Notes: generated from the sequence alone by a model not told the origin. DNA of 61,984 nt from Alphaproteobacteria bacterium UBA7314 (GCA_002471575.1 DKQG01000019.1:1-61984), one strand, 5' to 3'; counted from the stretch's first letter, positions 21,940 through 33,754 are shown. Made by a program: numbers and translations.

Positions 21940-23222
21940 CAGTCAGCGCCCGCCGCCTCGATTTTTTTTAATCCACCCATGTAGGGTTGCACGACGTCCG
22001 GGACCGCCACTGAGCCGTCCGCGTTTTGGTAGTTTTCAAGCACCGCGATAAGCGTGCGGCCGACCGCGAGCCCCGATCCGTTCAGGGTGTGAAGAAACGC
22101 TGTTCCCTTGCGATCGGACGGTCGGTATCGCGCATTCATCCTTCGCGCCTGGAAGTCACCACAGTTCGAACAACTAGAAATCTCACGGTAGCGGTCTTGT
22201 CCTGGCAGCCAGACTTCGATGTCGTATGTTTTCCGCGCGGAGAACCCGAGATCGCCGGTCGACAGCACCACCACACGGTAATGCAGGCCGAGCCGTTTCA
22301 GGACTTCCTCGGCACAGGCGGTCATACGCTCATGCTCATCTTCCGACTCGTCGGGGTGAACGATGCTAACCAGTTCAACTTTGGGAAACTGGTGTTGGCG
22401 CAGCATGCCGCGGGTGTCCTTGCCGGCCGCCCCGGCCTCGGACCGAAAGCACGGGGTATGGGCGGTGAAACGTTTCGGGAGATCCTCTTCAGCAAGGATT
22501 TCGCCGGCGACCAGGTTGGTCAGCGGCACTTCGGCCGTTGGGATCAGCCAGTGATCGGTGGTGGTCCTGAACAGGTCTTCGGAAAACTTTGGCAACTGAC
22601 CGGTGCCGAAGGCCGCTTGGTCGCGCACCAGCAGCGGCGGATTGACCTCGGTGTAGCCGAATTCACCTGTGTGCATATCGAGCATCATGGCGGCCAGCGC
22701 GCGTTCCATCCGCGCCAGTGCGCCGCGTGTCACCACGAAACGGGATCCCGACAGCTTGGAGGCACCATCGAAATCCAGCAGACCGAGCCCCTCCCCGATA
22801 TCGACATGATCCTTTACGTCGAATTCGAAGGCAGGTTTGTCTCCTTCGGCGCGAATCTCAATGTTGTCCTCTTCGCCCTCTCCGTCCGGTACATCATCGA
22901 AAGGTAGGTTGGGTATGCCCTGAAGAACTTCTCGCACGGCGGCGACGCCTTGCTTCTGGCTCTCTTCAAGTTTGGCCATGCGGTCCTTTAGGTCAGCCAC
23001 TTCGGCGATTAGCTCATCCGCGTCCTCGCGCTTACCCTTGAGTACACCAATCTGCTTGGACGCTTCGTTACGCCGTTTCTGTAGCTCCTGCAGTTCAGTC
23101 GTGATCGACCTGTTCGCGGCGTCGATCTCGATCGCGCGGACTGCCAGGGGCGCCAACCCGCGGCGCGCAAGCGCCCTGTCGAACTGATCGGGGTTGTCCC
23201 GAATCCATCTTATGTCATGCAT
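21939..23222 (-). CDS. serS: Serine--tRNA ligase
   Basis: [21 protein letters not shown] and [11 protein letters not shown] motifs. Confidence 0.98.
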   Translation of the reverse strand: MHDIRWIRDNPDQFDRALARRGLAPLAVRAIEIDAANRSITTELQELQKRRNEASKQIGVLKGKREDADELIAEVADLKDRMAKLEESQKQGVAAVREVLQGIPNLPFDDVPDGEGEEDNIEIRAEGDKPAFEFDVKDHVDIGEGLGLLDFDGASKLSGSRFVVTRGALARMERALAAMMLDMHTGEFGYTEVNPPLLVRDQAAFGTGQLPKFSEDLFRTTTDHWLIPTAEVPLTNLVAGEILAEEDLPKRFTAHTPCFRSEAGAAGKDTRGMLRQHQFPKVELVSIVHPDESEDEHERMTACAEEVLKRLGLHYRVVVLSTGDLGFSARKTYDIEVWLPGQDRYREISSCSNCGDFQARRMNARYRPSDRKGTAFLHTLNGSGLAVGRTLIAVLENYQNADGSVAVPDVVQPYMGGLKKIEAAGAD

Positions 23223-23255
23223 GATCTAATCTTCTAGCCGATTTTGCGACGAATC

Positions 23256-24074
23256 TCAGGCGGCGGGATTATCGGGTGCCGGGCCGGCATCTTCGTAATC
23301 GTCGTCGTGCTGTTGCGTCCTTTTCTTCTCAATCAGCCGTGCTCCCACAATGGATAGTTCGTAGAGGATGATAATCGGGATAGCGAGGCCGATCTGACTG
23401 ACCACGTCAGGTGGCGTAATTATGGCCGCAATCACGAAAACGCCGACGATGGCGTATTTGCGTTTCGCGGCAAGCCCCGACGAAGTTACCAATCCGGCCC
23501 GGGCCAGAAGCATCAGAAAAACCGGAAGCTCAAAGGCGAGGCCGAAAGCGAATATCAGGCGAAGCACTAGCGTCAGATATTGATCGACCTTCGGCTCGAC
23601 CTGTATCGGAAGCGCTCCATCAACGCCCAGTGTCTGGAAGGTCAGAAAGAAGTCCCAGGCGAGCGGCATGATGAAGAAGTAGACCAGCGCGCCGCCAATA
23701 AAGAAAAGGATCGGGGTCGCGAACAGGAACGGCAGAAAAGCGCGCTTTTCATTCTGATAAAGGCCAGGCGCCACGAACATCCAGACCTGGATGGAAATAA
23801 TCGGAAAGGCGAAAAACAGCGCCGTGTAGAACGCGACCTTGATCTGAGCGAGGAACGGTTCGTAAAGCGCGGTGAATATCAACCGCGCCCCATCCTGGCC
23901 TTCCAGCGCGCGAGCCAGCGGGCGAACGAAAAAGTCGTAGATGTCCTGTGCGAAAACGAAGCTGACGAGAAACATAGCGACGAAGCCTGCGAGACTGTAA
24001 ATGAGCCGGGTGCGAAGCTCGACGAGATGGTCGAGCAAGGGCATACTTTTTTTGTCGACCGTCTCTTCGCTCAT
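23256..24074 (-). CDS. tatC: Twin-arginine translocase TatC
   Basis: MPLLDHLVELR, APGLY, FELP and ITPPD motifs. Confidence 0.97.
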   Translation of the reverse strand: MSEETVDKKSMPLLDHLVELRTRLIYSLAGFVAMFLVSFVFAQDIYDFFVRPLARALEGQDGARLIFTALYEPFLAQIKVAFYTALFFAFPIISIQVWMFVAPGLYQNEKRAFLPFLFATPILFFIGGALVYFFIMPLAWDFFLTFQTLGVDGALPIQVEPKVDQYLTLVLRLIFAFGLAFELPVFLMLLARAGLVTSSGLAAKRKYAIVGVFVIAAIITPPDVVSQIGLAIPIIILYELSIVGARLIEKKRTQQHDDDYEDAGPAPDNPAA

Positions 24075-24508
24075 ACCGATTTCTCCGGCTTGTCCAGTTC
24101 CGTTTCAGGATTTTCTTCTTCCCGAGGAGAATGTTCTGGGTCGGAAGGCGCTATTTCATTGTCTTTGGTTAATTCCGGGTCGTCGTAGTAGACGAGATCG
24201 TCATTGGTCAATTCATTGTCGAAATTTATCGCATCTTTGATATTTCCGTCGGGATCGACGCTGTCCTTGATTTCCCTGCGGACCCTTTCCATTGGGTCCA
24301 CCGCTGTTTTGACCGTTTCTGCAAGCTTGTTGAGTTCGGCTTCTTGTGCGACTTCTTCCAGTCCAGACTGAAATTCTTGCGCCATCTCGCGCGCACGGCG
24401 GACGAACATGCTCACGGCCCGAATAGCTCCCGGCAATTCCTTGGGGCCGATGATGATGATCCCCAGGATGGCAATCAGGAGAAATTCCCAGCCGCCGATG
24501 TCGAACAT
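24071..24508 (-). CDS. tatB: Twin-arginine translocase TatB
   Basis: MFDIGGWE...GPKELP motif. Confidence 0.95.
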   Translation of the reverse strand: MFDIGGWEFLLIAILGIIIIGPKELPGAIRAVSMFVRRAREMAQEFQSGLEEVAQEAELNKLAETVKTAVDPMERVRREIKDSVDPDGNIKDAINFDNELTNDDLVYYDDPELTKDNEIAPSDPEHSPREEENPETELDKPEKSV

Positions 24509-24550
24509 GGCGGTGTGCGCCTTTCTTCAAAAATTAAACGAGGTGAAACG

Positions 24551-24778
24551 TCAACTTTTCGCCGTTTCGTCCTTTTTCGCTTGGTCCGGCACGGCACCGC
24601 CTGTATCGGCGCTCATCGCCTGATCATTGGGCGGATCCGACTTGTCATCTTTGAGGTTTTTCTTGAAAGCGTTGATCCCTTTCGCCGCATCCCCCATCAG
24701 GCGTGGCAGCTTGCCCGCGCCGAATAACAGGATGACGACGAGCGCAATTAGGGCAATTTGCCATGGTCCTAAAGACAT
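24551..24778 (-). CDS. tatA: Twin-arginine translocase TatA
   Basis: LLFGAGKLP...KGINAFKK motif. Confidence 0.95.
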   Translation of the reverse strand: MSLGPWQIALIALVVILLFGAGKLPRLMGDAAKGINAFKKNLKDDKSDPPNDQAMSADTGGAVPDQAKKDETAKS

Positions 24779-25011
24779 TTCGATCTCTCACGAACAATAA
24801 TAGAGCACCCGTGGATAATCGCAGAAAGCCCGGATAGCCGCAACGAAAACGGCAGGTATCCGTAATTTTTCGCCGCAAAAACAAACACATTCCGTTCGTT
24901 ACGAGTAACGCCGGTCTATACAGAAGCTGAATAGTCCGGTTTTTGCCGCCTCCCGACCCTTACGGCGACGGGAAGTCGTTGCGAAAGGTTGTAATTTTAA
25001 ACGACAGTGGA

Positions 25012-25809
25012 TCAGGGGGATTGTTGTTCTTCTCCGGCAGAGGGTTCTTCGGTCCCCACGTCCGCCGGTTCGGCGGTTATGTCGTCACCGTCGGACAATG
25101 CTTCCGGTTCCTCTTCTTCGGGTGCGACCTCGGCGACCGCGTCCTCATACATCTCTCCGGTATCGCCGATAATGGTCCCTGCCGGGCGGGTGTCCAACAG
25201 TCCCGACGCCTTGAGTTCGTCCAGTCCGGGCAAATCTGCCAGAGAATCCAGTCCGAATTCCTCAAGAAAAGCAGGGGTCGTGCCCCACGTAGTCGGACGG
25301 CCGGGCGTGCGTCGACGACCCACGGGTTTTATCCAGCCGGCCTCCAGCAGAACATCGAACGATCCTTTACTCACCGAAACCCCACGAATTTCCTCCACCT
25401 CGCTGCGGGTGACCGGCTGGTGGTAGGCAATGATCGCCAGGGATTCGACGGCGGCCCGTGACGGTTTCCGGCTCACTTTTCTCTCTATCCGCAAATGCGG
25501 CGATAGGTCTTCGGCGGTCCTCAATGACCACTTGCCCGCGACGCGGCTCAGATTGACGCCCCGTCCTTGGTACAGCGACTGGATTTCTTCCAGCACGGCA
25601 CCGACATCCGTATTTTCGGGTAAGCGTTCGGCAAGAAAATCGGTTCTTACCGGTTCGGTAGCTGCAAACAGCAGCGCTTCGACGATCCGGACCTCCTGCG
25701 TGATATCTGCTTCAAAGGTGTCCGTAGCTTCACCAACGGAACCGCCAGCCAGATCTTCGTCGATTTCACCTTCGGGTGAGTCAACAATTTCCTGAGATAT
25801 TTCAACCAT
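25012..25809 (-). CDS. scpB: SMC-Scp complex subunit ScpB
   Basis: EALLFA, LAIIAYHQPVTR, IRGV and PGRP...TT..FL motifs. Confidence 0.95.
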   Translation of the reverse strand: MVEISQEIVDSPEGEIDEDLAGGSVGEATDTFEADITQEVRIVEALLFAATEPVRTDFLAERLPENTDVGAVLEEIQSLYQGRGVNLSRVAGKWSLRTAEDLSPHLRIERKVSRKPSRAAVESLAIIAYHQPVTRSEVEEIRGVSVSKGSFDVLLEAGWIKPVGRRRTPGRPTTWGTTPAFLEEFGLDSLADLPGLDELKASGLLDTRPAGTIIGDTGEMYEDAVAEVAPEEEEPEALSDGDDITAEPADVGTEEPSAGEEQQSP

Positions 25810-26587
25810 TTGCAGACGTTTCCTTACCTTTTACAAAAATCGGTCCAAAGGCACTCAACTGGCGAATATTCGCCCTGCCTTCTTTTACAAGTTCAAGACT
25901 GGCGGCGAATGTCGATGCGACCGCCGACCGCCGCACGATCCCGTCCGATAATCCGTCGGGGAGGAATGCGCTGAGCGACGTCCAGTCGCCGACATGGCCG
26001 ATAATTCCGCGGAGACGTTCGATCGCCTCGCCCAGCGAAAAGAGCTGCGATGCCTCGATCGTCAGTTGCGATGCTGTCGCGCGACGCCGGTTGTCGCCGT
26101 ATGCTTTTAGCATCTCGTAAAGCGACACCTCGTAAACCGGTGTCCGGATTACCTCCATCCCTTCGGGCGCCCCGCGCGCGAATACGTCACGTCCGAGGCG
26201 CGGCATGACCAGGAGCTTCTCGCCGGCATCACGCATCGAATCCAATCGCCGGAGCTGGAAGGTCAGGGCTTCGGCCAGTTGGGGGCCTGAAGCTTCCTCG
26301 TCTTCTTCGGTCTCTGGTAATAACAGGCGGGATTTTAGATACGCCAGCCAAGCGGCCATCACCAGATAATCAGCTGCGATTTCGAGCCGAAGCTGTTTCG
26401 CAGCGGTGATAAAGGAAAGGTATTGTTCCGCCAGTGTCAGGATCGAGATTTTCGTTAGGTCGACCTTTTGCTGACGCGCCAGCGTCAGCAGCAGATCAAT
26501 CGGGCCTTCGAACCCGTCCAGATCAAGGACGAGATCGTACATTTCCCGGACGGGGCCTTCTTCAAATGTGTCCGTTATCTCGGACAT
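25802..26587 (-). CDS. scpA: Segregation and condensation protein ScpA
   Basis: FEGPIDLLL, ADYLVMAAWLAYLKSRLLLP and FAASLEL motifs. Confidence 0.95.
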   Translation of the reverse strand: MSEITDTFEEGPVREMYDLVLDLDGFEGPIDLLLTLARQQKVDLTKISILTLAEQYLSFITAAKQLRLEIAADYLVMAAWLAYLKSRLLLPETEEDEEASGPQLAEALTFQLRRLDSMRDAGEKLLVMPRLGRDVFARGAPEGMEVIRTPVYEVSLYEMLKAYGDNRRRATASQLTIEASQLFSLGEAIERLRGIIGHVGDWTSLSAFLPDGLSDGIVRRSAVASTFAASLELVKEGRANIRQLSAFGPIFVKGKETSANG

Positions 26588-26685
26588 GGTGTCGGCAATT
26601 CCTGACATAACGAATAACGCTGGTATCACAAATTATAAGGCTTCCCTGAGATGCAGGCTAATCGCCAACCCAGTCGAACCAGTGG

Positions 26686-27714
26686 CTAGCCACCTCCGAG
26701 AAACGCAGAAATCCGACGTTTTGCCGCATTCCTGTCGAATTCCGCCGAATCACCTATCAGCTCTACGGCGGAATCTAGACGAGCCGCGGAATCCGGCCGT
26801 AAAGGCGGACAGGTTTCGGCGATCGAAACCATGTCTTCAAAATTGCCGTCGCAATGCAGCGCAAGGTCGCATCCGGCGTCGAGAACCGATGCCACCCGTT
26901 CACTGAGCGATCCCGACAAGGCCTTCATGCAGATGTCATCGGAAAACAATAAACCATCAAATCCGATTTCGTCACGGATCGTGTCATTTACTATCCGACG
27001 CGAGGAGCTGCCCGGACAGGTTGGGTCGATCGCCGAATAGACGATATGAGCAGTCATCCCCGCCGGTGCACCTGCTAAATCTAGGAACGGTGCGAAATCA
27101 GTCCGGCGGAGCTCCCCCACAGGCGTATCGACTCGAGGCAGCTCCTGATGACTGTCGGCAAACGCCCGGCCATGTCCGGGTATATGCTTAATCACCGGCA
27201 GTATACCGCCGCGGAGAAGTCCGTCGCATACCGCCTGGCCCAGCGTCGAGACCAGCGCCGAGTCGTCGGAGAAGGCACGGTCACCGATGATTTCGTGACT
27301 GCCTTCGACGGGTAAATCGAGCACCGGCGCACAGTTAACGTTGATACCCAGGGTAACAAGATCGGCAGCTATGAGACGATAATTAAGAGCCACACACGCC
27401 GCAGCTTCGTCCCGATCCGAAGCTGCCATTTCGCCGAAGAGGCGCATCGGTGGATACTCAGGCCAGTGCGGCGGCCGCAGACGCTGGACCCGACCGCCTT
27501 CCTGGTCGATCAGGATCAAGATTCTCCCGTTGCCTGATATTTCCCTGAATACGTCTGTCAGCCGCCGAACCTGGTCGGGCGTGTCAATATTGCGGGAGAA
27601 AAGGATAAGCCCCGCCGGTTCGCAGTCCCTGAATAGAGAGATTTCGTCCGGCGTTAGCGATAGTCCGGCGCAGCCAAAGACGACCGCCGCCGGTGCAGTA
27701 TCAGCGCCGGACAA
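26686..27714 (-). CDS. nagZ: Beta-N-acetylhexosaminidase (GH3)
   Basis: DQEGGRVQR, KHIPGHG, DSH and SDD motifs. Confidence 0.94.
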   Translation of the reverse strand: MSGADTAPAAVVFGCAGLSLTPDEISLFRDCEPAGLILFSRNIDTPDQVRRLTDVFREISGNGRILILIDQEGGRVQRLRPPHWPEYPPMRLFGEMAASDRDEAAACVALNYRLIAADLVTLGINVNCAPVLDLPVEGSHEIIGDRAFSDDSALVSTLGQAVCDGLLRGGILPVIKHIPGHGRAFADSHQELPRVDTPVGELRRTDFAPFLDLAGAPAGMTAHIVYSAIDPTCPGSSSRRIVNDTIRDEIGFDGLLFSDDICMKALSGSLSERVASVLDAGCDLALHCDGNFEDMVSIAETCPPLRPDSAARLDSAVELIGDSAEFDRNAAKRRISAFLGGG

Positions 27715-28540
27715 CGAGACAGCTCAGCTTCCGCTGTTTAAGCCGTGTGCAAAGGGTTGCCGCTTGGCTCTTTGATGACAAAGGACCCGCCTGCATACGG
27801 TAATACGTACCGCGTCCGGCACTCAGCACCGTGCGTTCCACTATAAGCGGAAGGTTCCCAAGCAAGTCCTTATGCTTTCCTTTGATCGACGTCCAACTTT
27901 TCCGTACAGCAGTCTCAGAAGGTAGCGAGGAGATTTGGACCCGATAACGTCCGCCAGCCGGAGGTTTGGATGCCGCCGACAGCGTTTTCGCCGGTGGTTT
28001 CTTGGCAACGGGCTTTTTTGCAGGCGCAGTTGGGGGCGGCGGTCCGGGTATTTTTGGTTCATTTTTTGACAACTTCGGCGGCGGTGGCCGCGGCAAGGAA
28101 GGCGCTTTCGGCGCTGCGGTCGTTCCGTCTGCCAGCTCGAGCTTCATGGCCTGTTTCGGCGCAATTGCGGAGGTTGTCGGGCTCGTCATCGGTTTTTCTG
28201 GCGGCGGCAGCAGACGCTCCACGCGTTCCGGTTGTTTCTCCGCTTCGAGGCGCGTGAAAACTTCCTTGTCCCGGTTGGGGACTTTCATGCCGCCGGGGCT
28301 TTCGGGGCGGACCTTTACGGGTCCTTCTTGTGCCTGAATCACCGGAGGCACCTTGGTTTCGGCTGCCTGACGCCCCTTGTTGTAGGCGTAGAGAATTACG
28401 ACGCAGAAACCGAGTACCGCCGCAATGGCGACCAGCGCGGTCATGATATGACGCCCGCGTCGACTGTGGCGGGAGACGTCCATTGTAGTTTCCCTGGGGT
28501 CGATCCGATTGCTTTCCACAGATCGAAAATCATCCGCCAT
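27701..28540 (-). CDS. SPOR-domain membrane-anchored cell division protein (FtsN-like)
   Basis: Single TM helix, Pro-rich linker and a C-terminal SPOR domain with a Cys pair; argS-SPOR-nagZ synteny. Confidence 0.85.
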   Translation of the reverse strand: MADDFRSVESNRIDPRETTMDVSRHSRRGRHIMTALVAIAAVLGFCVVILYAYNKGRQAAETKVPPVIQAQEGPVKVRPESPGGMKVPNRDKEVFTRLEAEKQPERVERLLPPPEKPMTSPTTSAIAPKQAMKLELADGTTAAPKAPSLPRPPPPKLSKNEPKIPGPPPPTAPAKKPVAKKPPAKTLSAASKPPAGGRYRVQISSLPSETAVRKSWTSIKGKHKDLLGNLPLIVERTVLSAGRGTYYRMQAGPLSSKSQAATLCTRLKQRKLSCLVVRR

Positions 28541-30294
28541 CAGCGCATCTCCTCAACCGGTTTGACACCCATTACGGCAAGCCCCGACGCGATTACCACA
28601 GCCATTGCCCTGACCATCGCGAGACGAGCTGCCGTCAGTACTTCGTGATCGGCGATTATGAACCGAAGTGAAACGTCTTCGTTCCCCTTGTTCCACAAAC
28701 CGTGGAATGCAGCCGCGATATCATTAAGATAGTAGGCGATCCTGTGTGGCTCACGCGCCAGAGCGGCCGTCTCTACAAGCCTTGGCCATCCTGCGAGCAG
28801 TCTCATCAAAGCCAGTTCCGCTTCATCGGTAAGATGGGACATATCAGCTTTCGCGAGGGTCGAATCGTCAACCGATAGCCCCGGCATATGCTCGACCGCG
28901 TTTCTCAGAACGGAACAGGCGCGTGCGTGGGCATACTGAACATAGAACACCGGATTGTCGCGGGACTGCTCCAGCGCCTCCTTAAGGTCGAAATCGAGCG
29001 GCGCATCGTTGCCCCTGGTCAGCATCATAAAGCGGACGACATCCTTACCGACCTGGTCGACAACCTCGCGAAGCGTGACGAATGTCCCTGCCCGTTTTGA
29101 CATGCGGACGGGTTCGCCGCTCTCGAACAGGTTCACCAGATTGCAGATACGAACATCAAGTACGGCCTTGCTGCCGGTGGTTGCGTCAACCGCCGCCTGC
29201 ATCCGTTTGATGTACCCCTTGTGATCCGCGCCCCAGACATCGATCATTTCGCCGAAGCCGCGGCGAAACTTATCTAAATGATAGGCAACATCAGCGGCGA
29301 AATAGGTCCAGCTCCCGTCCGATTTCTTCAGTGGGCGGTCGATATCGTCGCCGAAACTGGTCGAGCGAAACAGGTATTGTTCGCGGTCTTCCCAGTCATC
29401 GGGCTTTTGACCCTTGGGCGGTTCCAGTCTGCCCCAGTAAACGAGATCGCGCGCTTCGAGCTCGAATACGACCTCGCCGATTGCTTCATTTTCATGAAGC
29501 GACCGCTCGGATGTAAAAACATCGTGCGATATGCCAAGCGCTGACAAATCCTCTCGAATCAAGGTCATCATGGCATCGATCACGAAGTCTCGTACAAACT
29601 TTGTATCGCCATCTGTAATTGCTGCAGAAATTACATCGTCTTCGAGGGCAGCAAGATCTCTGCCGACAGGGATCAGGTATTCACCCGGATATAGTCCATC
29701 CGGTATTTCTCCGACGTCCTCGCCAAGCGCTTGTTTGAACCGATGCACAGCGCTGCGTGTGAGCACATCAATCTGAACGCCGGCGTCGTTGATGTAGTAT
29801 TCTCGGGTAACGTCGAAGCCCGCCTTCGCAAGCAAGGCGGCAAGAACATCGCCGATCACGGCACCGCGCGCATGACCGACATGCATTGGTCCGGTCGGAT
29901 TGGCTGAAACGTATTCGACGTTGATAGCCTGTCCGCCGCCAATATCGGTATCGCCATAGGCGACCCCAGCAGTCAGGATCTCAACGATCTGCTGCTGCCA
30001 CAGAACCGCAGCAAGTCGCAGGTTTATGAAGCCGGGCCCCGCAATCTCCACGCTGTCGACACCATCCGCGTCAACAAGCTTAGCGGCGACGAGTTCGGCA
30101 AGATTGCGTGGTTTCTGCCCGGCAGGCTTTGCAAGCACCATGGCAACGTTGGTCGAAATGTCGCCGTGTGACGGATCTCGGGGTGGTTCGATGGAAATCC
30201 GATCGAGCGAGAGGCCAGCAGGCAATTTGCCTTCGGTCGACAGGCTTTTAACGATTTCCTCAATAGCCTGCCGATACTTGTTGAAAACGTTCAT
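28540..30294 (-). CDS. argS: Arginine--tRNA ligase
   Basis: [21 protein letters not shown] and YVQYAHAR motifs. Start at MNVFNKY overlaps the dgt stop. Confidence 0.97.
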   Translation of the reverse strand: MNVFNKYRQAIEEIVKSLSTEGKLPAGLSLDRISIEPPRDPSHGDISTNVAMVLAKPAGQKPRNLAELVAAKLVDADGVDSVEIAGPGFINLRLAAVLWQQQIVEILTAGVAYGDTDIGGGQAINVEYVSANPTGPMHVGHARGAVIGDVLAALLAKAGFDVTREYYINDAGVQIDVLTRSAVHRFKQALGEDVGEIPDGLYPGEYLIPVGRDLAALEDDVISAAITDGDTKFVRDFVIDAMMTLIREDLSALGISHDVFTSERSLHENEAIGEVVFELEARDLVYWGRLEPPKGQKPDDWEDREQYLFRSTSFGDDIDRPLKKSDGSWTYFAADVAYHLDKFRRGFGEMIDVWGADHKGYIKRMQAAVDATTGSKAVLDVRICNLVNLFESGEPVRMSKRAGTFVTLREVVDQVGKDVVRFMMLTRGNDAPLDFDLKEALEQSRDNPVFYVQYAHARACSVLRNAVEHMPGLSVDDSTLAKADMSHLTDEAELALMRLLAGWPRLVETAALAREPHRIAYYLNDIAAAFHGLWNKGNEDVSLRFIIADHEVLTAARLAMVRAMAVVIASGLAVMGVKPVEEMR

Positions 30295-31475
30295 CTGTTC
30301 TCTTCGTATACGTCGTAGAGCCTTCGGTGCTCGTCCAGAGCGAACCTGTCGGTCATGCCAGCAATATAATCCGCCACATGGCGGGCCCGCATGGTCCGAT
30401 CCAGCTGTTCCGCCCCTGAACGCCATTCCTCTGGTAGGCATTCAGGTTCGTCCACATACAGCGTAAACAGGTCGGCGACCACCCGTCTTGCCTTGCTGGT
30501 CATTCGGTTGACCCGATAGTGCCGATACATGCGCTCGAACAGGAACTCCTTCAAGGCCCTGTTATCAGCTTCTAGCGTATCTGAAAACGCGACGAGCGGT
30601 GCGCCTTGTTCGCGGACCTCATCAATCGAACGCGGACGCGCGTCGGAAATCCGTCGTCCCGTTTCGGCCAGTAGGTCGTTGACCATGACATTTATCAGCC
30701 GCCTGCCGGTTTCGTGAAAAAGCCTGCTGTTTTCCAATTGGGGATACCGTTTCCGGACCTCTCCGATTATTGGCCCCAAAATAGGAACGTCGGATAGATC
30801 CTCTGTCGTGAACAATCCGGCGCGAAGGCCGTCATCCACGTCATGGGAATGGTAGGCGATATCGTCCGATAGTGCGGCTATCTGGGCTTCGATACCCGGC
30901 CAAGTGTGAAGTTCCAGGTCATATCTGGACGTGTATTCGTTTAGCGCCCATGGAAGTTCGCCTGTTAAAGGCCCGTTGTGCTTTGCGATCCCTTCTAGGG
31001 TTTCCCAGGTAAGGTTCAATCCGTCGAACTCGGCGTATCTGGCTTCCAGCTCTGTGATTATACGTAATGTCTGGCCGTTATGGTCGAAACCGCCGTGGGG
31101 CTGCATCGCCTCGTCAAGCGACTCTTCTCCAGCGTGCCCGAAAGGTGTATGTCCCAGGTCGTGCGCAAGCGAAAGTGCCTCTGCGAGGTCTTCGTCAACA
31201 GACAGCGACCGGGCCAGCGACCGGGCGATCTGCGCAACTTCGAGGCTATGCGTCAGACGTGTGCGGTAATAGTCGCCTTCGTGATACACAAAGACTTGGG
31301 TTTTGTGCTTCAAACGGCGAAACGCCCCGGAATGGATAATTCGGTCCCGGTCGCGCTGAAAAACCGTACGTGTCGGACTTTCGTCTTCGGGAAACACCCG
31401 ACCGCGCGTCAGCGCCGGATGACACGCATAGGGCGCGAGGCTGGATGCAGGCAGTGATCCGTCGGCGGGGCTCAT
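30291..31475 (-). CDS. dgt: dGTP triphosphohydrolase
   Basis: [26 protein letters not shown] and DYIAGMTD motifs. Confidence 0.95.
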   Translation of the reverse strand: MSPADGSLPASSLAPYACHPALTRGRVFPEDESPTRTVFQRDRDRIIHSGAFRRLKHKTQVFVYHEGDYYRTRLTHSLEVAQIARSLARSLSVDEDLAEALSLAHDLGHTPFGHAGEESLDEAMQPHGGFDHNGQTLRIITELEARYAEFDGLNLTWETLEGIAKHNGPLTGELPWALNEYTSRYDLELHTWPGIEAQIAALSDDIAYHSHDVDDGLRAGLFTTEDLSDVPILGPIIGEVRKRYPQLENSRLFHETGRRLINVMVNDLLAETGRRISDARPRSIDEVREQGAPLVAFSDTLEADNRALKEFLFERMYRHYRVNRMTSKARRVVADLFTLYVDEPECLPEEWRSGAEQLDRTMRARHVADYIAGMTDRFALDEHRRLYDVYEENR

Positions 31476-31557
31476 TCAGTTAAGTTAAACCCGGCAATCC
31501 GGCACTGCAACGGAATCGGCAACGCCGATTTGGACTTGGTAACAACTTTGGACAACA

Positions 31558-31585
31558 TTGACGGAAGCTTTACTTCAACTAAAAT
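31558..31585 (+). promoter_or_regulatory. Putative sigma70 promoter of erpA
   Basis: TTGACG-N16-TAAAAT upstream of the start codon. Confidence 0.45.
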
Positions 31586-31614
31586 AGAATAGGTTCTGAA
31601 ACGGAAGTCTTGCT

Positions 31615-31968
31615 ATGCTCGACGGTCATATTGATACAGCCAAGCAAATCACAGTCAGCGACTCAGCCGTTGCCCGACTTAAGGAATTGCAGGCCGAAGA
31701 CGAACACTCAGGCATGATGCTGCGCGTCGCAGTCGGAGGCGGCGGCTGTTCGGGCTTCCAGTACAGTTTTACCTTCGATAATCAGGTCAACGATGATGAC
31801 CAAACCATTGAAAAGGATGGCATAATCATTGTTATCGATGAAATGTCCTGGGAATATTTGGCGGGATCGGAAATTGGGTACAAGACCGAACTGATCGGCG
31901 CTTATTTTTCGATCGACAACCCGAACGCCGCATCGACTTGCGGCTGCGGGACGTCCTTCGCACTGTAG
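31615..31968 (+). CDS. erpA: Iron-sulfur cluster insertion protein (A-type carrier)
   Basis: GGGCSGFQY and NPNAASTCGCGTSF motifs. Confidence 0.9.
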   Translation: MLDGHIDTAKQITVSDSAVARLKELQAEDEHSGMMLRVAVGGGGCSGFQYSFTFDNQVNDDDQTIEKDGIIIVIDEMSWEYLAGSEIGYKTELIGAYFSIDNPNAASTCGCGTSFAL

Positions 31969-32513
31969 GGGACAGTGCGCCCATCTCTGAAGTATCAGAC
32001 AATATTTTGCCTGACTGAATCTTGAATTTGCAAAATCCGGCAGCGCTTTCCGATAAAATCATTACCTAGGTTTAATTTGTGCTCTGCGGGTATCTTTGTG
32101 CCGACATTCCCGGTACGGGAGGTAAGCGTGGGGGCAGGCAAACTTTTAAAGAAGTGACCTTCTAAGAGGCAATCGGCGAAGAGTAGGCCTGCGCCGTCGT
32201 AGGCGTCCTCGTCTGGGGTGTCTCAAGCGCTACGGCAACAATTAATGAGCCCGTCATGCATGTCTCGAGGTGCGTACGTCGCATGAGACCCGGCAGATAT
32301 ATCAACCCCGCCGGCGAATTCAATGCCTAACGACAATTCGACCCGTGCGGCGTGTCATTCATACAAGTGGCTGCAGGTTAAGATAATCGAACGGGTGTTT
32401 GGCAAAAACATAATCAACGCTCCTCTGCGGGCTAATCGTTACTGCCGGTATTTCATTGGGACCGGTTAGTCGCTACAACATGCGGTCTTCGTAATCGAGC
32501 AACGGAAGCCGCT

Positions 32514-33284
32514 TTGACCGTTATCGCTACCTGGAACGTAAACTCCGTCCGCGCCCGCCTGCCCAGGGTTCTCGAATGGCTCGATGAATTCGAGCCCGAT
32601 GTCGCATTGCTGCAGGAACTGAAGGCAACCGACGAAACTTTTCCCAGGCTGGAAATCGAAGACAGGGGCTACAACGTCGAAATTCACGGGCAAAAGAATT
32701 TTAACGGCGTGGGCATTCTGTCCAAGTCACCGATCGAAGACATAACCCGCGGCCTGCCCAACAATAACGATGACGACCAGGCCCGCTATATCGAGGCGTT
32801 CACTGCGGGTTTCAGGGTCGCCTCGATATACCTGCCGAACGGCAACCCAGCGCCGGGCGATAAATACGACTACAAGCTGCGCTGGATGGAATGTTTGTGC
32901 GATCACATGCGAGAACGCCTGACGTTGGACGAAGCCATCGTATTCGGCGGCGATTATAATATCGTGCCGACCGACGACGACGTGCACGATCCGGAAGGCT
33001 GGGCCAACGATGCGTTATGCCTTCCCGAGAGCCGCAATCGCTTTCGCCGGATGCTCTATCTAGGCCTGACGGACGCCTACCGCGTGATTCACAAGGAACC
33101 TCACAAATACAGCTTCTGGGATTATCAGCGCGGCGCCTGGCAGAAGGATTTCGGTGTCCGTATCGATCATCTTTTGCTGTCGCCTCAGGCTGCGGATCGG
33201 CTGAAGACTGCGGATATAGACCGCGGTCCGCGCGGTAAGGAAAAGGCATCAGACCACACACCGGTCTGGTGTGAACTAGAGTAA
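32514..33284 (+). CDS. xth: Exodeoxyribonuclease III
   Basis: IATWNVNS, LQELK, YLPNG, GDYN, RIDH and SDH motifs. Confidence 0.96.
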   Translation: MTVIATWNVNSVRARLPRVLEWLDEFEPDVALLQELKATDETFPRLEIEDRGYNVEIHGQKNFNGVGILSKSPIEDITRGLPNNNDDDQARYIEAFTAGFRVASIYLPNGNPAPGDKYDYKLRWMECLCDHMRERLTLDEAIVFGGDYNIVPTDDDVHDPEGWANDALCLPESRNRFRRMLYLGLTDAYRVIHKEPHKYSFWDYQRGAWQKDFGVRIDHLLLSPQAADRLKTADIDRGPRGKEKASDHTPVWCELE

Positions 33285-33289
33285 AGCCG

Positions 33290-33478
33290 ATGTTGCGGGA
33301 GGCGCTTCGCTACGTTCTGATCGGTCTTGGGTTCGGGTTGGTCTGGGCGGCGATTGTGTACACCAACGGAACGATCACGAGTTTAAACCAACTTGCCGGG
33401 CCGGTGATCGTGTTTGGTGTGGCGGGCCTCATTATGTGGGGCTTGCGCCGCGCTGTCATCGCTTTGAGAAACCTGTAG
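33290..33478 (+). CDS. Small two-TM membrane protein
   Basis: 62-aa ORF with two hydrophobic segments, starting 5 bp after the xth stop. Confidence 0.6.
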   Translation: MLREALRYVLIGLGFGLVWAAIVYTNGTITSLNQLAGPVIVFGVAGLIMWGLRRAVIALRNL

Positions 33479-33754
33479 CTGCCAATCCGAATGGACCGTA
33501 AATTGCTTCCGTAACTCCATGTGTCCGACTGTCATGGGCCGCATCGCCTGCGTTAGGAACTCGCGTCTTTCACACCTGTTCGGTTTTGGTGCGCCCGCTA
33601 GATACACCGCTGCAGCCGGCGATCGCAGCGAGGATCAGACCGATCTAAAAAGGTTCCACGGGAATTCCTTCGTTCCCGGTCACGGCTACCTGTTTAAGTA
33701 GGACAGGGTAAATTCAGGCTAAGCTCCCTTCACGTGGTTGTGTCTGCCCGTATG

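Noticed and set aside
31568-31595. IscR/Rrf2-like operator at erpA
   Set aside because: Only a loose palindrome.
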